NCBI GenBank assembly: GCA_019828565.1
Contig: JAHDYR010000038.1
Location: 1-64,000 of the forward strand
DNA: 64,000 nucleotides
Direction of reading: 5' to 3'
Source: Carpediemonas membranifera BICM
Lineage: Eukaryota > Protista > Fornicata
A model generated the notes under the pieces. It did not search any database, was not told where the DNA came from, and worked only from the letters and a program-made list of their open reading frames with translations. Made by a program: the position numbers and the translations under genes. This document shows positions 42,402 through 53,889 of the stretch, piece by piece. Every line of letters begins with the position of its first letter. Within the stretch, counting starts at the first letter, position 1.

Positions 42402-43805
42402 TCACTTGCCAAGACGGGACACCAAATAGCGGTTGATGTCGGCCGTCACGGAGTCGTCCACGCGACTCTCGCCCCCACCAGCCGCCGCCCGCTCCACCGC
42501 GGCCTGCATCTCACGTTCGGATGGCAGCCGCACGGTTCGTCCGCTCCTGTTGTCGGCAGACAGGGATCCGTACCTTGTCACGAGCTCCGCGGCGAGGAGC
42601 TCCGCCGCTCCCATAGGAAGGGCTGCCAGCGCGCCCAAGATCGTGTCGCATGTCTCAGCGGCTTGTGGGTGGTTTGTGCCAACGGCCTTGAGGGCTGGGG
42701 CGAAGACCTCCTTCATCACGGCTGAGGAGGAGTCGGCCTCCCCGTCACTGGTCTCGTCCCGCTCGGAATTCACAATGGCAGACGGACGAACGGCGACCGT
42801 GCCCATGGCAGGGATGGACGGCAGCGGTGCAGTGGGGCGTTGGGCGACCGTGCCAGCTGGCTCGAGGCCGTCGTCGTCGGACGAGTCGAAGTCCCACGCC
42901 ACCTCGGGCTTTACCGCATCAGCAGATGCCGGTAAGGGTGTCGCCTTGGTCGTGGCAGAGCTCTTGACCTGGCCCCGCTCCACGAGGTCCTGCAGGGTCG
43001 CCAGCCGGCCGGCGTTCCTGATGAACTTGTGCTTGAGCAGCTCTGCCGCGCTAGATCTCCGCTCGGGGTCCTTGACCAGGCACTGGGCGAGGAAGTCGTG
43101 GAATGACCGGTCCCAGCGCTTCTCGTCCTCGAGGCGGGGCGGGTCGACGTTGGGCTTGGGGATGATCATCAGGGCCTTCATCGGGTGCATCTCAGAGAAC
43201 GGCGGGGCGCCCTCGGCCATTTCTATGGCAGTGATCCCCAGACTCCAGATGTCGGCCTTGACGTCATGTCCGGCCTGACTGATCACCTCTGGGGCCATCC
43301 AGTAGGGCGTCCCGATGAACGTGTTCCGCTTGGACATGGTATCCGTAATCTGCCCAGAGACACCAAAGTCGGCGAGCTTGACCTTCCCGCCCTCGGACAG
43401 CAGCAGATTGGCCGCTTTGATGTCGCGGTGGATCTTATTCGACGAGTGAAGGTATTTCAACGCTGAAAGGACCTCGCGCATGATGATGGCGATGTATGCT
43501 TCTGAGATATCGGTCTGTTGCATTATGTCGAAAACAGATCCACCGCCAAGGTACTCCATGACGATCGAGAGGCGTGTCCCCTCAATGAAGGAGCCGTAAT
43601 AGCGTGTAACATAGTCTGATTCAAGCTCAGACAGGATAGAGATCTCCTTCCTAATGTCCTCAATGTCGTCGTCTGCCTCTTCAAGGTCAATGTTCTTAAT
43701 TGCAACGATTTCTTGCGTTCGTTTGTTCATAGCTTTCCAAACTTCACCGAACGACCCTTTACCCACCATTTCTAGATAGGAAAAGTCGGCACTGTTCAGA
43801 TTCAT
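42402..43805 (-). CDS. STE20-family GCK-III (MST3/STK24/STK25-like) kinase
   Basis: [56 protein letters not shown]. Likely start MNLNS at 43805. Confidence 0.92.
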   Translation of the reverse strand: MNLNSADFSYLEMVGKGSFGEVWKAMNKRTQEIVAIKNIDLEEADDDIEDIRKEISILSELESDYVTRYYGSFIEGTRLSIVMEYLGGGSVFDIMQQTDISEAYIAIIMREVLSALKYLHSSNKIHRDIKAANLLLSEGGKVKLADFGVSGQITDTMSKRNTFIGTPYWMAPEVISQAGHDVKADIWSLGITAIEMAEGAPPFSEMHPMKALMIIPKPNVDPPRLEDEKRWDRSFHDFLAQCLVKDPERRSSAAELLKHKFIRNAGRLATLQDLVERGQVKSSATTKATPLPASADAVKPEVAWDFDSSDDDGLEPAGTVAQRPTAPLPSIPAMGTVAVRPSAIVNSERDETSDGEADSSSAVMKEVFAPALKAVGTNHPQAAETCDTILGALAALPMGAAELLAAELVTRYGSLSADNRSGRTVRLPSEREMQAAVERAAAGGGESRVDDSVTADINRYLVSRLGK

Positions 43806-43881
43806 CTGCAGGTGGCGTTCGGTTTTGATGTTCCCGTTTTTGCATAAAAAAAAGAGCACCAAAAAGCTGAATAAACCTCGC

Positions 43882-44691
43882 CTAGCGCCGGTGTTTACGT
43901 AATATTTGCCAGGCCAATGGATCTCTAGGCTCCTCATCTCCATACATGACGCGCCTGATGCCGTCTGCCTCGCTCATAAGCCCGCTGTCTGCGGCAACAG
44001 GGTCGACTGCCCCGATCGACAGCAGACCAGACTCAAGCGACTCCGCCAGCTCAAAGAGCGCCGTGTCCCTGGTGGCATCCTTCCACGCGGGAATGACTAT
44101 GTTCTGCGTGGGCACGAACCAGCCTGACCCCCGAGAAGCTGAGAGAAGCGTAACGTCATCACGCCCATTCAGGAATTTTGGTGAAACCACCTTGCGAGAC
44201 CACCACCGGCCACGCTTGAGGCTGGGGTGCTTATCAATTGTGCGGGTAACAACCTTCCCCGCCGGGTCGATGCCTGTGACGATATTCTTCGCCATGGCGG
44301 CCGGGTATGAGGTGTACAACACAACGTCATACCTTCCAGTCAATGCATCGATGAACTCGGCGGCTCCTGGGCGCAGTCCGAGGGTTTTGACGCCTCTCTG
44401 AAGGTGTTTGCCGATCAAGACAGAATCCATGTCAATAATGAGCGTCGGGAGCGTCGCTGGAGCTAGTTGTGATCTCGATTCAGTGAGAATAGATGCAAGA
44501 CGATGCAATGAAGATGGTGTGAGAAACTGCTTTGCTGTGTTACTGGCGAATGGTTGTCACGAACCTTCACGGATGCCACGGACGTGATCCTTAAGTACTT
44601 CTCGCTTATCCGGGTGATATGCATTAAAACTAAAGTATCCAGCTGCAACACCGATTGCTACGGCCGTTGTGACGTGCCCACGAGTGACCAT
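43882..44691 (-). CDS. N-terminal TM + FCP1/NIF-like HAD domain protein (Tim50-like architecture); intron 44564-44535 (30 nt)
   Basis: Spliced product [22 protein letters not shown]...[11 protein letters not shown]...LRPGAAEFI...YDVVLYTS...NIVIPAW...DTALFEL. Confidence 0.7.
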
Positions 44692-45086
44692 TGGGGATGT
44701 GCAGTTTAAGACGTGGGCCCTGAAGGTCGAACAATGTGTTTATACTGCGCAAAAAAACTGCCCTGTCTCCCTCCTACTCACGTCTTAAGTCGGTAGGGAG
44801 ATCGTCTTCTCCAGGGCTTCCACAAAGCGTCTTCTTCGTGGACGTCAGTACAGCTGCAAACGTCACAATCGCTCACACGTCGTCTCATTGTATTCAGAAT
44901 CGAATAAATGGGGGGGGGGGCTGAAGAGGCCTCAATATTGAGTATGCCGCGCAGGATAAGAATACTTGAGTCCAAAACACACAGTGATCCAAGCAGCATC
45001 AGGATCGCAGTGTGGTTCATCATACTCTATCAACCGTGCGCAGCATATCACGCGCGCTGCAGCGCGTGCTTGCTCAACTTAGCAAG

Positions 45087-45896
45087 TTAATGATAGCGAG
45101 GAAGAGCACCTCTCTGGGAGTCGTAGTGGAAAGGAGATTGCTCTATCTGATCTGAAGTTGCATCGAAGGTGCACCAAAGGATGTTCTCGCTGGCGCTCTT
45201 ATCTCGGTGAGAGAAATCCACGGTACCAGTGCGACCCACCCGCTGCTCCTCGGGCAATGCATGCATTTGAGGATGATACCTGCCATGATCGACGGATATG
45301 GCGGCAACCTCAGTGTCGAGCTCGCCTAGTGTGTCGAGAAAATCCTGTTGAACACCCGGCCGATCATGGAGGAGCGGACGCACCCGTTCTAATCCAGCAC
45401 GAAGACGGGTCAGGTACCTGGGTGACGCGCGCGAGAGCCAGACCCGGGTGGCTGTGGAGTACTCACCCAACCAGCGCTGAAATGGCTTTGCCAAACCGAC
45501 GTACCCGTAGGCAGCCACGAAGTCCTGGACGAGTGGGGTTATGTCAGGGTCCCTCCACATCGCCAGGTCGCCAATCCACCTGCACCGATCCGCTGCCTTT
45601 GCCTTGCACTCTCTTCCCTTGGCAATGCTGACGATCTGCTTGAGGACCTCCTGGTCGAACAGGTTGACCGTCCTCGGTGGGGTCAACGCGTGCGCAGATG
45701 CAGAGACGCACGCAAGCAGGCAAGTGAATGTGTACTTAGCCTGCGTGAAAGAACGCATGCCCGGTTCAAGATTTCCTCGCCGCGGCGCGTTGTTATCGCC
45801 TCCGCCGTTAATCTCGCCAATGGCCTTGTTAACGGAAGCCTTCGCCGTGTATATCTTGGAAGGCATGCAGTCTATTGAGCTGCCTGCATCGATCAT
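45087..45896 (-). CDS. Hypothetical protein
   Basis: 269-aa ORF, no recognised motif. Confidence 0.4.
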   Translation of the reverse strand: MIDAGSSIDCMPSKIYTAKASVNKAIGEINGGGDNNAPRRGNLEPGMRSFTQAKYTFTCLLACVSASAHALTPPRTVNLFDQEVLKQIVSIAKGRECKAKAADRCRWIGDLAMWRDPDITPLVQDFVAAYGYVGLAKPFQRWLGEYSTATRVWLSRASPRYLTRLRAGLERVRPLLHDRPGVQQDFLDTLGELDTEVAAISVDHGRYHPQMHALPEEQRVGRTGTVDFSHRDKSASENILWCTFDATSDQIEQSPFHYDSQRGALPRYH

Positions 45897-46372
45897 TTCT
45901 TTTCAGGGTTCATCAGCTAGCAGCATACCTCAAAACACAAGAAACCAGCATCATACAACACAAAGCGTCTTTACTACTAGCTACAACCGCTTTCCACCAC
46001 TAGTGTCTCTCACAGCAGACTAAGATGACGAAGACGACGACGACATGAGCTTCAGACGCCGGCAATGGACGACAGATGAGCGCGTAACAGACGAGCACAG
46101 ACGCGAAAGAAGACAGCAGCGTTCGACACAGACGATGGACGACAGACGACGCATCTTTTCGTGCAGACCGACGACTGAAAGCACGACAGACCGATGGCAC
46201 AGACGAGGGCTGAAGTGGGTGAGTGGAGGTAGTGTGCCGCGCAGGATAAGAATACTTGAGTCTAATCATGAACCCCCAGTAAACACCTCTAAACGCTACA
46301 TTGAGTCGGTCCCTAAGCTGCGAGAAAATTTTGCACCTTCTGCAGTCAGCCAAACTCAAGAACTGGCTGATA

Positions 46373-48358
46373 ATGGCCGATGAAAGCGAGCAACGCTTAA
46401 AGATCAGGCGTCTTCTCAACGATGCGTCCGATAGCAAGGAGATTAGCCTTCTCATTCAGAAGATCGTGGGTGAGGAGATGGATAGCAGCAAGCCCGTGGA
46501 CCGAGACAGGATAGGGAGCTTAATTCTTCAGAATAGCACGTTTAGACAATACATTGAGAATATGGGGCTTGTGGAGGAGGCGCATGCGGCCCAAGACATC
46601 CCCCCGCCCTCAGTGATAGCCCCCCCTCTCCCCCCTGGTGTCCCAGGACTCCGCGTGAGAATCACACGCATGATTGTTAAGACAGCTGGGTCCCTGGATA
46701 AGGGCACAGCTCTGGAACTGCACCTCCAATTTGGCAGCGATCGGGCTGAAGTGGCGCCCCTTTCCCTGTCGCGCGACATCGCCTTGCGCAATACTTTCTT
46801 CTTCCCACTTGGGGCCGCTGGGGAGGAGCTTGCCGCCACGCCGTTCTTTGACACCCCCTTCACGCTCCACGTCGTCCTTGTGGCGTCCCACCCCAACGGA
46901 AACCGGGCAACCCTCGGCGTCCGAGCCGTCAAGTGGCGGCAGGTGCTGCACACGCCGAGTTGTGAGATCGCGTTGGATCTGTGCAGCACTTATTCCCCGA
47001 CTACAGTTGTGGCGACAGTTTTCATGGAGCTGAGTGGCGTTCACACTCCGGAACTCTCCCGATCGCACTTCGACGTCCTCAACCAGAACAGCAACGCCTT
47101 GGTTGAGACCTCGTACAAGAACTTTATCGAGGCCACTGAGCGATGGTGGGCGGCCTTCCGTGCGGCGTGGACTGCCCGCCACACCGCCAGCACCGCCCTC
47201 GACCTTCGCCGAGTGCCGTTGTCAGAGCCAGGCGAGTTCGGCCACACCGTCCCAGTCCTGGCGATTGTTCAGCCCATCCCGCACCACTTGCAGTATCCCG
47301 CCGTGACGGACCCCGAGGCCGCTCACCGCTTCGTCTCGCTGCTGCCCTACACGACGACATCCATCCCGGGCGGTGGGAGGCACCGTGTGTGGCACAACTT
47401 GCACACAATTGTGGCCCGCGGGGCTGGGGACGTGGAGGACCACGCGGCCCTGCTCTGCTCGCTACTACTGGGACAAGGTCTCGACGCGTTCATTGCCATC
47501 GGATCATCGTACCCCGAGAAGGCGGACACGTCCGCGTGGGTGGTCACTTTCACACGAGACGACCCAGGGGCCCCCACTTTCTGGCACCCGTGCTTCTGCC
47601 AGCGCCTAAGCTGGGCTGAGATCGCGGCCAACCCGTCCGTCTTGCCCTTGAGTACCATCGACTGCATGTTCAACCACGAGAGCGTGTTCGTCAACTTCTC
47701 GCTGCAGGCCATGATTCATCCCGGTATCGACTTCAACATCCGAGACCCGGGCCAGACCCAGTGGCGTGAAATATCCCTTGACACTCTGGCCCCATTCGCG
47801 CCAGGGCCGCTGGCCCTCTTCAGGGACCGGCCGCCCCGCATACTCCCAATGCAGCTGCACCATGCAGTCCCGCTCGTACCGGGGCCCCTCTCTGTCCGAC
47901 CTTGGGCGGGATTCAAGGGCGTCCATGAGACCATGCGCGACCTCGAGGTTCAGCTGATGGATCGCATCCGAGAGCGACGGCTAGGTGCTGGGCAGGAGTT
48001 GACGGTTGAATCTGCTGCCCTCAAGGCGGTGCTGGGGGCGATGCCCGGCCGTATGGAGGCAGAGAAGGTGCATAATATGACCTGCCAGCTTCCAGAGATC
48101 ACGGATCTGACGCAGGATCAGCTTCGCCGCGTGTCGAGACCAGGGCAGCGGCTGATCGCGGTGCCCCTCGTATGCTCCCATATCGCTGGCGGTCGGGTGT
48201 TCAGTCAGTTCCTCCAGTCCGCCCAGGGCATGGATGTGGTCGACTGCAAGGCCCACGATCCCCAGTTTGCTGTGGCGGCTGGCGTGTTTCCGTATGCTGA
48301 GAGGGCTGTGGCGACGTGGGTTGTCATCGGTGTGGTCTTCACGCCATTCACTTCATAG
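46373..48358 (+). CDS. CEP76: Centrosomal protein CEP76 (C2 + transglutaminase-like)
   Basis: GDVEDHAALLCSLLLGQGLDAFIAIG, IDCMFNHES, C-terminal FAVAAGVFPYAERAVATWV. Confidence 0.9.
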   Translation: MADESEQRLKIRRLLNDASDSKEISLLIQKIVGEEMDSSKPVDRDRIGSLILQNSTFRQYIENMGLVEEAHAAQDIPPPSVIAPPLPPGVPGLRVRITRMIVKTAGSLDKGTALELHLQFGSDRAEVAPLSLSRDIALRNTFFFPLGAAGEELAATPFFDTPFTLHVVLVASHPNGNRATLGVRAVKWRQVLHTPSCEIALDLCSTYSPTTVVATVFMELSGVHTPELSRSHFDVLNQNSNALVETSYKNFIEATERWWAAFRAAWTARHTASTALDLRRVPLSEPGEFGHTVPVLAIVQPIPHHLQYPAVTDPEAAHRFVSLLPYTTTSIPGGGRHRVWHNLHTIVARGAGDVEDHAALLCSLLLGQGLDAFIAIGSSYPEKADTSAWVVTFTRDDPGAPTFWHPCFCQRLSWAEIAANPSVLPLSTIDCMFNHESVFVNFSLQAMIHPGIDFNIRDPGQTQWREISLDTLAPFAPGPLALFRDRPPRILPMQLHHAVPLVPGPLSVRPWAGFKGVHETMRDLEVQLMDRIRERRLGAGQELTVESAALKAVLGAMPGRMEAEKVHNMTCQLPEITDLTQDQLRRVSRPGQRLIAVPLVCSHIAGGRVFSQFLQSAQGMDVVDCKAHDPQFAVAAGVFPYAERAVATWVVIGVVFTPFTS

Positions 48359-49526
48359 AACATTGTGTCACATATGCGCATAAAATATCCGTGCTCCGCT
48401 CTCTGCTTCCTTCCACATTGCTGTCGTTCCCAGGGTCACGGGAGTGATCCAAGTCGCCCCCTACTTCACGATCAAGGTGGACGACAAGATGGTACCAGCT
48501 GTCTACGACTTCGGTATTGACGACAAAGGGGCCCTGTAGTGCAGCAGGTGTGCGAGACAGGCCTGGAGAGTCGACCTATCGCGGGTCTGTTCTCGAAGCA
48601 CTTTTACGTCGCCGTGCCGGACAAGCGTCTGCCATTCGGGCTGAAGCAGCTCAGTCAGAAGACGCTAGACTCTGTTTTGTAACGCGATTCAGAAGGGGAG
48701 CTTCCCATCCCCCCGACGGACCATTTATTGGACCCAAGTGTCAGATCCCACCCCCGCCCAACACACGATTGTTATGTCTTTGTCTAGCACGCGTTCCCAT
48801 GTCTGTCCCCCTCGCCGTTCGATAAATATGATGCTGGGTCGGGTCCATTTTCGAAGATGGGCGCCCCTTGAGAACACGAGTTGGGATGCTCCGGACTAAT
48901 GTCTGGCCGAATCGTTAGGGCTCATAGTGAGCTATATGCACAGGCGCGGAGTACCCCTAAATGCATCAACTGATTGAGTTCTGAAAATGTCAGTTTTGAC
49001 TTTTGCCATACGTCTGAAGAGCTACAGCCGGCACATCTCCTTGATCGTTAGTGCCTGGGTATCCATGGCACTCCTTTCGAAAGCATGCTGCGTTTTCCGG
49101 TACTCTAACCGGGACTTAAAGTCCCAGAATCAAGTCCCGGAATCCTTGATTGATTTTGATCGATGTCGTCGGATCATCCCCAAAGTGGGTGACAGTCTTC
49201 TACTAGCCTAGTTCTACCTCTGGAAACATTATTAGCGCATGTCGATGTCACAAAAAATATTTATGATCGTTTTCCGTATCGTCAGTGCAGGATAAGGTCG
49301 CATGACTTGGCCAAAGTCGCTCTTCAGAACTCGATCGTCTGACACATACAAACGCTAAAAGTGGTTGGCAAAGATGCATTAGACCTTGTATATGACGTGT
49401 ATAGACAAAATTTCGGGTGTTGCACTGTCACCTCTGAGGGGTATCCTCTCAAAAAGTGTAGGACACGGAGCCGGCGGTAGAGCTGGTGTCAGAGCTGACG
49501 ACAGAACCGGCGACAGAGCTGGTAAC

Positions 49527-50111
49527 ATGAACAGGACCTCGGATCGTAACCACGGAGGAGACGACAGGGAGAGACAGGACAACACGGGAACGCAGATGAG
49601 AGGCTCGTTCAGCGGGAACACCTGGGCCGGTAGAGGCTCAGAGGGAGGCATGGACAACAGCAAGGATCACTCTTCCTCCACGACGCTCAAGCGCAAGGAG
49701 GGCAGCACGAGTAGGATCATGGACTCGGACAGCGGAAAGAGAAGCAGGCACGAAGAGGACATGGACTGGGAGTCTGGAAGCAGACAGGCAACCGGCATGG
49801 ACTCGGAGAAGCTGCGGCTCCGAAAGCAGTTGGCAGAGGCGCAACAAGAGATCTCAGCGCTCAAGGCTGCCCGACTCATGCAAGAGCAAGGCCACGGAAG
49901 GTTGGTGCTCTCCGGCGTCGCGACTAAGCCCAGCAAGGAGAAGCCCACGATCCCCCGGCACAAGCACAAGAAGGCTAAGAAGGCCAAGCAGATCTCACCC
50001 ATGGACCTGATGACCCAGTTCATCACGGTAATGCAGAGTCTACAAGGACAGCAAGTGAGTCAGGCCGAGGACAGCTGCAGCGGCAGTGGGGAGTCCACGG
50101 AGGAGGAGTAA
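49527..50111 (+). CDS. LINE ORF1 (basic, short coiled coil)
   Basis: First ATG inside the element; EKLRLRKQLAEAQQEISALK; KHKKAKKAK. Confidence 0.75.
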   Translation: MNRTSDRNHGGDDRERQDNTGTQMRGSFSGNTWAGRGSEGGMDNSKDHSSSTTLKRKEGSTSRIMDSDSGKRSRHEEDMDWESGSRQATGMDSEKLRLRKQLAEAQQEISALKAARLMQEQGHGRLVLSGVATKPSKEKPTIPRHKHKKAKKAKQISPMDLMTQFITVMQSLQGQQVSQAEDSCSGSGESTEEE

Positions 50112-50442
50112 GGACATGGTAAAGCAGTATTCTTTCAAGGAACAAGCAACATTTTCTTTATAATTCACAAGCCCTGGCTCCCACCCAGGGCCCGGCATTA
50201 GCTGAAATGCACTGCCGGTAGGCTGTAGCGGCAGCCAAAGGGGGGTCACGTCATATCGTCCCCCTCCTAAGTACCCTGCCCGAAGAATGGAAGGTCACCA
50301 GGTGGTAACAAGGTTGGCCTGACAAGGGTCACCGAGACCGGCATCTAGGCCCCTTGTTAGGACAAGGATAGCAGGAGAGGAGCGGGAAGCTGGGGCTCCC
50401 AAATTCTGGGAATTCGCAGGATAAGGAAACAGGACAAAGGCA

Positions 50443-53400
50443 ATGGTAACCTACAAGATACTTAGTCTGAACACAGAGGGACACATAGGAAGAGGAAAGG
50501 ACTTCACGGCGTCTATGGCAACGGCGATTCAGCTAAGGTTGAAGGACATAGAGGCAGTACTCATACAAGAGACATGGAGAACGGCGAATACGAGGGTTCA
50601 TTGCTTCATGGACCTTGACTACGCACTAGCAGGGAGGGAGACGGAAGAGGACCTGGTCTTAGCCAACGAAAAACGAAAGGCGGATGTCAAAAAGTCAGCA
50701 CCGCATCAACCGACAACTAGGCATAGCAGGCAATGACGAACCTGCGCCAAGATGGAAGGGAACAAGGGAAGGCATCGGCACGATAGTGAGCCCACACGCA
50801 ACTGCAAAGTGGGACATCGGCATAACGGACAGCCTATCGGGAAGAGTGCAAGCCAGCATAATGAGAACCGGCAGGGACATACTAGTCATCAACGTGTATG
50901 GCCCTCCATCCGGCCACAGCAAGCAGGAGAAGGATGGATTCAGGGACACTATACAGAAGATCATGGACATGAAAGGGAGCATGGAGGCCATAATTATGGG
51001 AGACTGGAACATCGACCCAGGCCAGATGGAAAGATCCACCCGGTGGAAGGATATGATGGAGAAGCACAGGCTCAAAGCCATCATACCCAAGTCTGGGACG
51101 CTCACATCAGGAACATCAACCCCGGACTTTGCAGTGACAACACCAGGAATCCAGGGGGCGGAGATTGAGGTGGTAGAGTCTCAGAAGGTCGGGGTATGGG
51201 GCTCAGCACACAATGGAATCACACTAGCATGGAAGGAACAACGGTACTATGGCAGAAGTGAGCGAGACGTGGCTCTGGCCATACCCGAGGTGCACACCTG
51301 GCCCATGAAAAAGAAGGAGGGGCCAGTCACAGTCTCAAAGCTGAACAGGATCAAGAGCTCGGACCAATGGGAAGAGACTATAAGAGCATGCATGGGCGAC
51401 CCAGTGAACAACAGGGGAGCAAAGGCAAGGGACAAAGTGTTCGGGAACGGAGTGTGGAGCGAACTCCAGCGAACCCCATGGACAGAAATAGGCAACAGGA
51501 CCAGGAAGGAAAGGATGAAAGAGGAGCTGGAGAAATACTGGGGAGAGCGCAGGGCCAAATGGGTGGCCGACATCAGCAGAAGTGCAAAAAGGGGGTATAG
51601 GGCCTCAAGGGCCTCAGTGGAAGCTGCCATCAGAAGGTGGTGGTGTGACAACCAATACAAGGGAATGCCGGAGAGCCTCCTCAAGGACGGAGTGGTAACC
51701 ACGGACAAGGCGGCCATCAGCGAGATCCTCTTGCAACAGTATGCTAGAGTCAGCAGAGGCAGGGAACCCACCTGGAAGACATGGAGGGGCAGGGACGGAA
51801 ATGAGTTCAAGGAAAGCGAGGTCAAAGCCGCAATCAAAAGGATCAGGAGGGACACCGCACCAGGGCCTGACCTCACATCTGGAGACATGCTGAGAGAGCT
51901 GGATGAGAAAGGCCTTAGGGAAGTGACGAGGCTCATCAACAGGGTCTACAGGGAGGGCGACGTACCCAAAGCATGGAAGTATGCCACAGTGTCGGCCATA
52001 CACAAGACAGGGAAGCCAAGGGTCAAGCCGGAATCATATAGACCAATATCCTTGACACCACTGCTGTACAGGGTCTATGGTAGATTGCTCAAGATACGTC
52101 TGGAAGCAGCAACGAAAAGGTTCATACCAAGAGAACAGGCTGGTTTCCAGTCAGACAGGGACGTCATCCAGCAGATACAGTACATTGTGCAGCGGCACCA
52201 GGAGGGGGTGAGACCACGTCAATCTTTCTGGACATCGAGAAGGCATATGACACGGTACCAAGGGACATTCTCATGGATAAGCTACAGGGTATGGGGGTGG
52301 AGGAGCACTTGATCAGGGCAATTCAAGGCACAATAAAGGAAACCTGGATATCAGTCAAGGGGGCAAAGGCATGGGAAAGAACCAACAGGGGAGTTAAGCA
52401 AGGGTGCGTCCTGGCACCGACACTGTTTGTGCTGTTCATGGCTAACTGGCCCCACCTGGCCAGAAAGAAAATCAAGGGAGAACGGTACGACATCAGAGAA
52501 CCGCCAAGGACCACGAGCCACCTCAGCGACCGACTACCGGCAGCACTTACCATGTTTGTGGATGACACTGCGGTCACAGGGAGCAAACCGGAGCATAGCC
52601 AGATGGTCGCCAACATAATGGTGGACATAATCAGAGAGCATGAAATGAGGGTGAACGCCCAGAAGAATGTAATGATTAGCGTGGACAGAACAGCCCTAGT
52701 CAGGATCGAGGGGGTAACACTACTGCCAGAGAAGGAGGCGAGATACCTGGGATTATGGATCGCAAGTGGGAAGGACCCTATGTCGGCCTGCATAAGGCGG
52801 AAACAGGAGCAGAGCGAAAGGTACAAGAGACTGGTGAGATGGGCAGGGTGGACCAGGGCAAACATGCCAGCACTAGCGAGCAGGCTACTACTGGAAATAT
52901 ATATATGGCCCAGGATCCTCTTCGGAGTCGAGGTGTGGGGGAACGCACCGGGAGGTAGAAGGATCTGGAATGACTGGCAGGGAATCATGGCAGGAACAGG
53001 ACCGGGAGGGGGCGCAGCCATGAGGCTGATGAATGGATGGGTGGACCTCCAGGCACACATGGAATGGCTGGCAGTCAAAAGGATAGTCAACTACAGGGAC
53101 CAGGATATACCAGTCAGAAACAGAGAATGGGGGCGGGGCACGGTTATGTGGGAAGCTAGGGAGAGAGTGCAGCATCTACTGGAGGGCACCAGAGAAGGAG
53201 CCCCTAAACCAGCGCTACTGGATTATGGCATGGAAACGATCAGGAGGGGGTGGATGAAGCGGTGCAAAAGCCGTACGGCACTAGGACTAATGGAAATCAT
53301 GGGGACAAGGAAATTAAGCAAGTGTCTGCAAGGTAAGCCTACGGTAGACCGAAAGGCTGGGAAGGGGCAAAAGCAGGGCGGAATGGAAGAGAATTGTATC

Positions 53401-53889
53401 CATTGCAGCCAATGTCAGCCCATCCCCATCGTCGGCAGAGAGAGGGGAGGGCCCTATGAGAGCCATCACAGAGCTGGCCCAAGGCGCTGACCTGAAGAGA
53501 GAAATTAGCAGACTATGCCCCCTATGCTCGGAGGAGTCGGAGGTGAGCCTGTTCTACAGGATCATTAGGGAAAAGCCAGGACCAGCAAGGGAAGCAGGAA
53601 ATGATCAGGGGAGTGGGCAGAGGGCCAGAGGCTAGGATCGGCAGCGCACATAATCTGTGAATGCCCGGCAGTAGACAGGGGAGAAGCTTGGACAAAGCTG
53701 TGGACAGCAGCGAAGCACAAAACTAAGGACTTGGAAGTAAGGCAGGGCCCCCAGGGCGAATGGTACCAGGAAAGACCCATCCTAGAATTACAGCAACTAA
53801 TAATATGGGGCTCGGAGGACATTTGGGAAGGCCTCACGGCAGGACTACGGGAACTGGCAAAGGTTTACAACAGCTTCAAGGTGGAATAG
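50443..53889 (+). pseudogene. LINE ORF2: AP endonuclease + reverse transcriptase + CCHC-like knuckle, about 4 frameshifts
   Basis: APE motifs LSLNTEG, IQETW, NVYGP, MGDWN, PDF, SAH. RT motifs APGPD, YRPISL, QAGF, LDIEKAYD, GVKQGCVLAPTLF, FVDD, YLG. CPLC...HIICECP. Confidence 0.92.

Noticed and set aside
43806-43943. N-terminal extension of the kinase given in the ORF track
   Set aside because: Overlaps the upstream gene's 3' end and AT-rich intergenic DNA; the kinase domain starts right after Met 43805.
44941-44975. U2 snRNA-like sequence (TCAAGT...TTCTTATC on the minus strand)
   Set aside because: Lacks the GTAGTA branch-pairing motif and an Sm site.
49386-49526. N-terminal extension of LINE ORF1
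   Set aside because: Crosses the TSD and element boundary at 49460.
50171-50191. HDV-like ribozyme in the LINE spacer
   Set aside because: Forms a simple 7-bp hairpin; the nested double pseudoknot was not found.
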